Shown here in pieces: positions 57,417 through 64,000 of a stretch of DNA of 64,000 nucleotides (position 1 is its first letter; every line of letters starts with the position of its first letter). This DNA comes from an uncultured delta proteobacterium (lineage in GTDB: Bacteria > Desulfobacterota > Binatia > Binatales > Binataceae), in assembly GCA_963711565.1 (NCBI GenBank), contig CAVQEQ010000004.1, forward strand, positions 480,001-544,000, read 5' to 3'. The notes below the pieces were generated by a model that saw only the letters and a program-made list of their open reading frames with translations, was not told where the DNA came from and ran no database searches. The translations under genes were made by a program, and so were the position numbers.

Positions 57417-59095
57417 CCGCGCGAATTCCCGCGCGCCGCGTGCTCGGCCGGTGCTTGCGAGCGCTTGGCCGCGGCCTTGATGTACTTCACCGTGACGGGC
57501 GAGAGGTCGTCGTGTTCGACGCGCACGTCGATAATCGCGAACGACTTGCAGTCGTGCGCCGCGCGGAGTGCGTCGCGCAACTGCTCGACGGTGGTCGCCT
57601 CGAATCCTTCGCCGCCCCAATCGCGCGCGAGTTGCGCGTACGGCCACGGCGGAATGTCGAGCAGGTCGGGCCGCTCGGCAATCGGCCGGAAGATGCCCCA
57701 TCCGCCGTTATTGATCACCACCACGATTGGGTTCACGCCCTTGGCCGGCGCCTGCGAAATCTCCGGACCGGTCATCTGAAAACCGCCATCGCCGCACATC
57801 ACGAGCGGGCGCAGGCCGCTGCCGATTTGCGCGCCGAGCGCGGCCGGCACCGCAAAGCCCATCGAGGCGTAAAATCCCTGCGCGAAATAGGCGTTGTTGT
57901 GCGGCACGCGAATGTCGAGGCCGCCGAACAGCATGTCGCCCGACTCGGCGACTACCACGTACTCGCGTTTGTCGGCCAGGAATTCGTTGACGGTGGACAA
58001 TATCTGCGCGACCTTGACCGGCTTGCCGTCGCGCGCGGCAATCTCGCGCAGATTGTCGGCGTAAACAACTTTCTCATGATGCCGCCGCAGTTTCTCGCGC
58101 AGCAGAGCCCGCGCGAAATCGCGCACGCCAACGTCGGTGTAGGTGTGATACTTCACTTCGACCTTGCGATCGACGGCCCACACCGTCCTGCCCTGGATGA
58201 CGTGCGGCGGACGGTTGCCGAAGTTCATGTCGGTTTTCAGGCATCCGAGGTTGAGCACGAAGTCGGCGGCGTCCATCCGCGCTACTATCGACGGCGGGCT
58301 GATCGGGCCGACGTGGACGCCCATGTACAGCGGATGGTCCATCGGGAACGCGCCCTTGCCGAGCACGGTGGTGAACACCGGCGCGCCCATTTTTTCGGCC
58401 AGCTCGACGAGATCGTGCGACGCCTTGAAGCGGTGGATCTCGATGCCGGCGATGAGCACGGGCTTGCGCGCCTCGTTGAACATCGCGGCGGCCTCGTGCG
58501 CGGCTTCCTCGACCTTGCGCGCGTCGGATTCCTGGAAGTGCAGCTCGCCGTCCCATTCGATGAGATGCTCGGGGACCTCGATTTTCCGATCGACCATGTC
58601 GCGATGGATCTCGACGTAGCCGGGCCGCTGCTCGGCCCAGATTTGTTTCACGACGCGATGCAATTCATCGGCGGCGGTGCGCGGGTCGGTCAGCACGGCG
58701 GACGCGCAAGTGACTTCATTGTAGATGCGGCGCTGCGATTCGATCTCGCGCGCCTGGTGATGAATGAGAGTGCCGAGCTTGCGCTCCTCCTCGCCCGGGC
58801 CGCCGGAAAAAATCAGAATCGGCACACGTTCCGAGAACGAGCCCGCGACGGGATTAACCATGTTGTGGCCGCCGGCGCCGTAGGTGACGCAGATGACGCC
58901 GATTTTGCCGGTCGCGCGCGCGTAACCGTCGGCGGCGAAGCCGACGCCCGGCTCGTGCGACAGCGTGATGATTTTCATCCCGTGCTTGCGGCCCAGCGCG
59001 AAAAACAGCTTGAGCGCGAGGTCGCCGGGGATGCCAAAGACGTGCGACACGCCAATCTTGCGCAGGTAGGCGACCAGGAAATCGCCCAGCGCCAT
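57413..59095 (-). CDS. ThDP-dependent 2-oxoacid (indolepyruvate/phenylpyruvate-type) decarboxylase
   Basis: FGIPGD, HEPG.GFAADGYAR, LIHH, Y.SMGF.VP and GDGGFQMTG.E...NNGGW motifs. Confidence 0.9.
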   Translation of the reverse strand: MALGDFLVAYLRKIGVSHVFGIPGDLALKLFFALGRKHGMKIITLSHEPGVGFAADGYARATGKIGVICVTYGAGGHNMVNPVAGSFSERVPILIFSGGPGEEERKLGTLIHHQAREIESQRRIYNEVTCASAVLTDPRTAADELHRVVKQIWAEQRPGYVEIHRDMVDRKIEVPEHLIEWDGELHFQESDARKVEEAAHEAAAMFNEARKPVLIAGIEIHRFKASHDLVELAEKMGAPVFTTVLGKGAFPMDHPLYMGVHVGPISPPSIVARMDAADFVLNLGCLKTDMNFGNRPPHVIQGRTVWAVDRKVEVKYHTYTDVGVRDFARALLREKLRRHHEKVVYADNLREIAARDGKPVKVAQILSTVNEFLADKREYVVVAESGDMLFGGLDIRVPHNNAYFAQGFYASMGFAVPAALGAQIGSGLRPLVMCGDGGFQMTGPEISQAPAKGVNPIVVVINNGGWGIFRPIAERPDLLDIPPWPYAQLARDWGGEGFEATTVEQLRDALRAAHDCKSFAIIDVRVEHDDLSPVTVKYIKAAAKRSQAPAEHAARGNSRG

Positions 59096-59206
59096 GTGCC
59101 TCTTCACTCCGCTCCGTCCTCCATCGATCCAAGCAAAGTCAGCTACTAATATACTTGACGAAGAGCCGGGCGACACGACCCGGTGGCGGCCGGATATATT
59201 GGATCA

Positions 59207-60127
59207 ATGAACTTACAGGCGCATCTGAAGGTCGCGCTGCTCCAGATGGTATCCGAGGGCGCGGCGATTGAGGCGAACGCGCGCAAGGGTGAAGAGTTCT
59301 GCAGGCGCGCGGCAGATCGGGGCGCCGATATCGCCCTGTTCCCCGAGATGTGGAGTGTGGGCTATGCGAAATATCCGTGGGGCGACGATCGCGCCCGCGC
59401 CGAATGGCTGAAGCTCGCGGTCCCGCGCGATGGGCCCTTCGTGGACAGGTTCCGGCGTCTCGCACGCGAATTACGAATCGCGATCGCAATCACGTATCTC
59501 GAAGCGGGGCCTGTGTTGCCGCGCGACGCGCTAACCCTTATCGACTCGGACGGTGCTGACGTTTTCACCTATGCGAAGGTGCACACCTGCGCATGGGACG
59601 CGCCGGAAGAATCATGCGCGCCCGGTGACGAGTTTTGCGTCGGCGACCTCCGCGCCGGCGCGGAGGTCGCGAAGGTTGGTGCGATGATTTGTTTCGACCG
59701 TGAGTTTCCGGAAAGCGCGCGGCTTCTGATGCTGAAGGGCGCCGAAGTCGTCCTGACGCCGAATCCGTGCGAGCTACAGGACGATGCGGCTGGTATCGGC
59801 GATATCCGAATCGCGCAATTCCGGTCACGCGCGTTCGAGAACGCAATCGGCGTTGCGATGGCGAACTATGCAGCGCCACAGTTGGACGGCCGCTCGGTCG
59901 CCTTCGACGTGGACGGATCGACGCTGGTGCAAGCGGGACCGGAGGAAGGCGTGTTTGTCGCGACATTCGATCTTGAACGGATTCGCCGATGGCGCAGCGA
60001 GGAGCGCCCTAACATCTGGCGTCGTCCCGAAGTCTACGGCGCTCTCGCCAATCGAGAAACGACCGATCCTCTCGGGAAAAGCCGCGCCGAAACGATAGCG
60101 GCGGAGATTAGCAGGCGTAATAGATAA
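59207..60127 (+). CDS. Carbon-nitrogen hydrolase (nitrilase superfamily)
   Basis: Glu-Lys-Cys triad: FPEMW, YAKVH and MICFDREFPE. Confidence 0.92.
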   Translation: MNLQAHLKVALLQMVSEGAAIEANARKGEEFCRRAADRGADIALFPEMWSVGYAKYPWGDDRARAEWLKLAVPRDGPFVDRFRRLARELRIAIAITYLEAGPVLPRDALTLIDSDGADVFTYAKVHTCAWDAPEESCAPGDEFCVGDLRAGAEVAKVGAMICFDREFPESARLLMLKGAEVVLTPNPCELQDDAAGIGDIRIAQFRSRAFENAIGVAMANYAAPQLDGRSVAFDVDGSTLVQAGPEEGVFVATFDLERIRRWRSEERPNIWRRPEVYGALANRETTDPLGKSRAETIAAEISRRNR

Positions 60128-60194
60128 TGATCCGAACAGCAGGACATCTTCGGCGCGAGGCTGTGTTAGAGTATGATGTTGACGGGTCAAGCTG

Positions 60195-60509
60195 ATGTTT
60201 TCGAAGATACTTCGCATGCAATTTCTCGGGCCGATGCAACTCAGCCGGCTCATGATGTATCTGCCGCAGTTCGTGCGCGTGTTCTATCGATTGATGAGGG
60301 ATGAGCGCGTACCGATGATTGCGAAACTGGTGCCCTGGATGGGCCTGGCTCTTATGATCACACCGCCGGCGCTTGAACTCGACATGATCCCGATCATCGG
60401 CGAACTCGACTGGATCGTCATCGGCTACCTCTCGCTCAAAGTGTTCATCTGGCTCTGCCCGCCCGACGTGGTGCGCGAACACGTCAGCCAAATCGGCCGT
60501 GGCGAATAG
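60195..60509 (+). CDS. YkvA/DUF1232-family membrane protein
   Basis: L..D.RVP..AK and D.IP.IG.LD motifs. Confidence 0.8.
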   Translation: MFSKILRMQFLGPMQLSRLMMYLPQFVRVFYRLMRDERVPMIAKLVPWMGLALMITPPALELDMIPIIGELDWIVIGYLSLKVFIWLCPPDVVREHVSQIGRGE

Positions 60510-60521
60510 CAAATCACGCTG

Positions 60522-63272
60522 ATGCGGCCACGCAATATCCTGATCGTCGTCGCGGCGGTCGTAATCGTCGCGCTGCTGGCGCTGAGCTTTTTCGATCAGC
60601 TGCTGGTCGACTACCTGTGGTACGGCGGCCTCGGCTTCGGCGGCGTTTTCAGTACCACGGTCGGCGCGGAAATCGCGATCTTCCTTATCGTGTGGCTGGT
60701 CGCGTTCGCCGCGATCTTCGTCAGCGGGCTGATTGCGATCGGCGGGAGCCGTAATCACGAGCGGCTGCGCGTGGTGCGCCGTCCCGACGAGATGGTCGAG
60801 GTCAATCTGCCCGAGCTGATTCGCGCGCTCGGCGAGCGCGTCCCTTGGCGCGTGATCGTCGCGGCGGGCGCGGCGTTGCTGGCGCTGTTCGCGGCGCAAG
60901 GCGAGGCGGCGGGCTGGGACGTCTACCTCAAGGGAATTTACGGCGTGCCGTTCGGAATCGTCGAGCAGGCATTCGGCAACGACATCGGCTTTTACGTCTT
61001 CACCGTGCCGCTGCTCGAGGAGCTGCGCGATCTGTTCCTGATGCTGATCGTGCTGTCGGCCGGGATGGCGATCGCGGTCTACTGGGCGCGCGGCGCGCTC
61101 GACTTCAAGGAATCGCCGCCGCGCATCTCGCCGGGCGCGGCGGGACACCTGTCGGTGCTGCTGGGACTGTTCTTTATCCAGCGCGCGATGAACTACTGGC
61201 TCGGCCGCTTCGACCTGCTGTTGCATACCAACGGCGTCGTGTTCGGACTGCGCTACGTCGATCGAATCCTGTGGCAGCCTGGGCTGTGGCTGCTGGTGGC
61301 GCTGTCACTCGTGGCTGCCGTGATGTGTATCTACAACGCGCGCGAGGGCGGGCTCCGGATTCCGGTTGCCGCATTCGTTATCGTGTTCGGCCCCGCGCTC
61401 ATCATGAATTTCATCCAGCCGGTAGTCGAGCGCCTGTGGGTCAAGCCCGACGAGCTGCGGGTCGAGAAGCCGTATATCGAGCGCAATATCGAGGCGACGC
61501 GGCACGCGTACAAGCTCGACACGGTTGACGTGAAACCGTTTGCCGGGCAGGGCACGCTGACGCCCGCCGCGCTCAATCAGGACGATGCGACGGTCGAGAA
61601 TATCCGGCTGTGGGACCCGCGGCCGCTGCTCGACACTTACCGCCAGTTGCAGGAAATCCGCACCTACTACGACTTTCGTGACGTCGATATCGATCGCTAC
61701 TGGATCGAAGGCAAGTACACCGAGGTGATGCTCTCGCCGCGCGAGATGAATATCGGCCAACTGCCCGAGACGGCGCAGACCTGGGTCAATCAGCATCTCA
61801 AGTTCACGCACGGCGCCGGACTGGCGATGAGCCCGGTCAACAAGAAGGACACCGAGGGGCTGCCGGTGTTCTACATCAAGAATATTCCGGCGGCGTCGGA
61901 CGTGGGCTTGAAGGTTGACCAGCCGGCGATTTATTTCGGCGAGGAGCCCGACAACTACGCGGTCGTCAATTCGGCGACGCCCGAGTTCGACTATCCCAAG
62001 GGCGCGGACAACGTGTTTTCGTACTACGCGGGTTCGGGCGGCGTACCGGTGTCGGGATTCTTCCGGCGGCTGCTGTTCAGCATCTTTTTTCGCGACATCA
62101 ATCTGCTCGTCACCGAGAATATCGTCGACAAGAGCAAGATCATGATTCGGCGCAACATCAAGGACCGAATCGCGTACCTCGCGCCGTTCCTGAATATCGA
62201 CACCGATCCCTATGCGGTGATTCTTAACGGTCACATGGTGTGGATCGTTGACTGCTATACCACCAGCGAGCACTACCCGTACTCGCAGACCAACGCCGAC
62301 GGGATCAACTACATCCGCAATTCGGTCAAGGTGGTGGTCGATGCGTACACCGGCGACACCGACTTTTACGTGTCGGATCCCGACGATCCGATAATCAAGA
62401 CCTGGCAGCGCGTGTTCCCCGCGATGTTCAAGCCGATGTCGGCGATGCCGGCGGAGTTGCACGCGCACATCCGCTATCCGGAAGATTTCTTTCTGATCCA
62501 GGCCGATACCTTCCGCACTTACCACATGACCGATCCCCAGGTCTTCTATAACCGCGAGGATCTGTGGGGGTTTCCGCGCGAAAGCTATGCCGGGCAGACG
62601 GTGCCGATGTCGCCGTACTACGTGATCATGCGGCTGCCGGGAGAGACGCAGGCAGAGTACATGCTGATGCTGCCGATGACGCCGTCGGGACGCGACAACA
62701 TGATCTCGTGGATGGCGGCGCGCTGCGACGGCGCAGATTACGGTCATCTGTTCGAGTATTCATTTTCGAAGGACAAACTTTTTTACGGCCCGTATCAGAT
62801 CCAGGCGCGCATCAATCAGAACCCGGAGATTTCGCGGCAACTCTCGCTGTGGAATCAGGAGGGTTCGAAGGTGCTGCTCGGCAACCTGCTCGTGATACCG
62901 ATCCAGGACTCGCTGCTCTACGTCGAGCCGCTGTTCATCCGCGCCGAGAACGGCCAGTTGCCGGAGCTGCAGCGGGTGATCGCGTCGTACAGTGACCGCG
63001 TGGTGATGGGCGATACGCTCGACCTGACGATGGCGGCGCTGTTCAACAATGGAGCACCGGCGCCGCCGACGATCGCCAGGGCGATTGAGAACGAGTCGGC
63101 GCCGCAGTCAATCGCGCAGGGCGGATCTCGCAAGGCCGACATGGGAAGCGCAGCGCAGCATTACAATCGCGCGATGGACGCGATCCGCGCCGGCGACTGG
63201 ACAGCCTTCGGCGCCGAGATGAAGGCGCTGGGCGACGAACTGTCAAAGCCGTCAGATTCCGGACATCAGTAG
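60522..63272 (+). CDS. UPF0182-family membrane protein
   Basis: D.LW..LGF..VF.T, DIGFY.F..P, E.PYI.RNI.ATR.AY, NIRLWD, YYDF.DVDIDRY, NYIRNSVK and GNLLVIP....LLYVEP motifs. Confidence 0.95.
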   Translation: MRPRNILIVVAAVVIVALLALSFFDQLLVDYLWYGGLGFGGVFSTTVGAEIAIFLIVWLVAFAAIFVSGLIAIGGSRNHERLRVVRRPDEMVEVNLPELIRALGERVPWRVIVAAGAALLALFAAQGEAAGWDVYLKGIYGVPFGIVEQAFGNDIGFYVFTVPLLEELRDLFLMLIVLSAGMAIAVYWARGALDFKESPPRISPGAAGHLSVLLGLFFIQRAMNYWLGRFDLLLHTNGVVFGLRYVDRILWQPGLWLLVALSLVAAVMCIYNAREGGLRIPVAAFVIVFGPALIMNFIQPVVERLWVKPDELRVEKPYIERNIEATRHAYKLDTVDVKPFAGQGTLTPAALNQDDATVENIRLWDPRPLLDTYRQLQEIRTYYDFRDVDIDRYWIEGKYTEVMLSPREMNIGQLPETAQTWVNQHLKFTHGAGLAMSPVNKKDTEGLPVFYIKNIPAASDVGLKVDQPAIYFGEEPDNYAVVNSATPEFDYPKGADNVFSYYAGSGGVPVSGFFRRLLFSIFFRDINLLVTENIVDKSKIMIRRNIKDRIAYLAPFLNIDTDPYAVILNGHMVWIVDCYTTSEHYPYSQTNADGINYIRNSVKVVVDAYTGDTDFYVSDPDDPIIKTWQRVFPAMFKPMSAMPAELHAHIRYPEDFFLIQADTFRTYHMTDPQVFYNREDLWGFPRESYAGQTVPMSPYYVIMRLPGETQAEYMLMLPMTPSGRDNMISWMAARCDGADYGHLFEYSFSKDKLFYGPYQIQARINQNPEISRQLSLWNQEGSKVLLGNLLVIPIQDSLLYVEPLFIRAENGQLPELQRVIASYSDRVVMGDTLDLTMAALFNNGAPAPPTIARAIENESAPQSIAQGGSRKADMGSAAQHYNRAMDAIRAGDWTAFGAEMKALGDELSKPSDSGHQ

Positions 63273-63421
63273 AGCATCGGGGTCGCGTTCTTCGCGCCAG
63301 GCAGCTCGAAAGAGGCTCTCTCCACACAAAGAGTTCTTTGGGTAACTGAACAGCTGCCTCATCGCGCCTCGTTGCACTTAGAACCTTCTGCTTCCTCTGT
63401 CATCCTCAGGGCGGGGAAATC

Positions 63422-64000
63422 TTGAATGACGTTCTGAAGTATCGCGATCGGCTGGCGATTGACGCCCCGCGACCTGCTGCCGCGCGCCGATCATCTTTCG
63501 CTGATCGCATCGTTGCTATCGCCGAGCTTGGCGCTGCCACGCTCGCGGCCGAGCGATGCGCGATCGCGTTTCGCTCGAGTGGCGCGGGCGCCGACGACGT
63601 GGTGTACGCGCCGGATGGAGACTCGCGATGGGACGGTCCAATAAACGCGATCCTCGTTGCACTCGAGAATCGGATCGGTGACGCCGTTGCCGCCCGCGGT
63701 ATGAAGCGGGCGCGTCGAGCGCCGGGCTCGGCGGAATCGATCGCAAAGATCGCGCTGAGCGCCGATGAAATCGACGCAATCGCGCGGTTCGACAAAATCA
63801 GTGATGGGCATCAGGCGGCCGCGGCAGCGTTTACCGACGGTACCAGCGCGGTGCGAATCGCGATGGTCGTGCGGGCCGATCGTGCACGCGCCGAACTCGA
63901 CGCATCGCTTGGACTCATCGCGCGCGCCGTTTTCGGCGAGATGACGCTGGCCGCCGTGCGCGCATCGCTTGAATTCTGGCGAACTCACGGCGCCGAGAGC
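63422..64000 (+). CDS. 5' part of an unidentified protein with a possible degenerate GAF-like sensor domain (partial)
   Basis: TTG at 63422 after GGCGGGG; frame open to the window end (IVAIAELGAATLAAERCAIAF...); missing from the ORF track because it has no stop in the window. Confidence 0.6.
   Translation, partial: MNDVLKYRDRLAIDAPRPAAARRSSFADRIVAIAELGAATLAAERCAIAFRSSGAGADDVVYAPDGDSRWDGPINAILVALENRIGDAVAARGMKRARRAPGSAESIAKIALSADEIDAIARFDKISDGHQAAAAAFTDGTSAVRIAMVVRADRARAELDASLGLIARAVFGEMTLAAVRASLEFWRTHGAES

Noticed and set aside
60179-60190. TTGAC-GG-GTCAA palindrome before the DUF1232 gene
   Set aside because: Single short instance whose spacing does not match FNR/CRP boxes; it cannot be distinguished from chance.

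Overview
A GC-rich, gene-dense bacterial chromosome segment with about 58 CDSs. I found no rRNA, tRNA, CRISPR array, integrase or transposase. The gene repertoire (many acyl-CoA dehydrogenases, amidohydrolases, DUF1329, UPF0182) resembles a soil Deltaproteobacteria-like lineage such as Ca. Binatota; this is inference only. Housekeeping and metabolic genes include ligA, acylphosphatase, a 2-oxoacid:ferredoxin oxidoreductase alpha/beta pair, gloA, fatty-acyl-CoA enzymes, and a ThDP decarboxylase next to an acyl-CoA synthetase. Envelope and accessory genes include a dprE1/dprE2-like pair with DUF1329, a prokaryotic pentameric ligand-gated ion channel, a large Asp-box propeller surface protein, mprF-acvB, a class III PHA cluster (phaE-like, phaC, phasin-like) divergent from a Crp/Fnr regulator, three GT-C-like membrane proteins with GtrA and DedA, a beta-carbonic anhydrase and a short-form chlorite dismutase. 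The main unexplained structures are: (1) a ~70-bp double-hairpin intergenic repeat (4 full and 4 half copies) with compensatory stem changes, including an inverted pair around the ion-channel gene; (2) a ~200-bp imperfect direct duplication plus an inverted gtrA relic around the carbonic anhydrase gene; (3) a candidate lipid-linked glycosylation system (GT-C paralogs and GtrA, possibly supplied by DprE1/E2); (4) a twice-repeated palindrome in the pha/crp intergenic region. All functional calls come from recognising motifs by eye, not from database searches.
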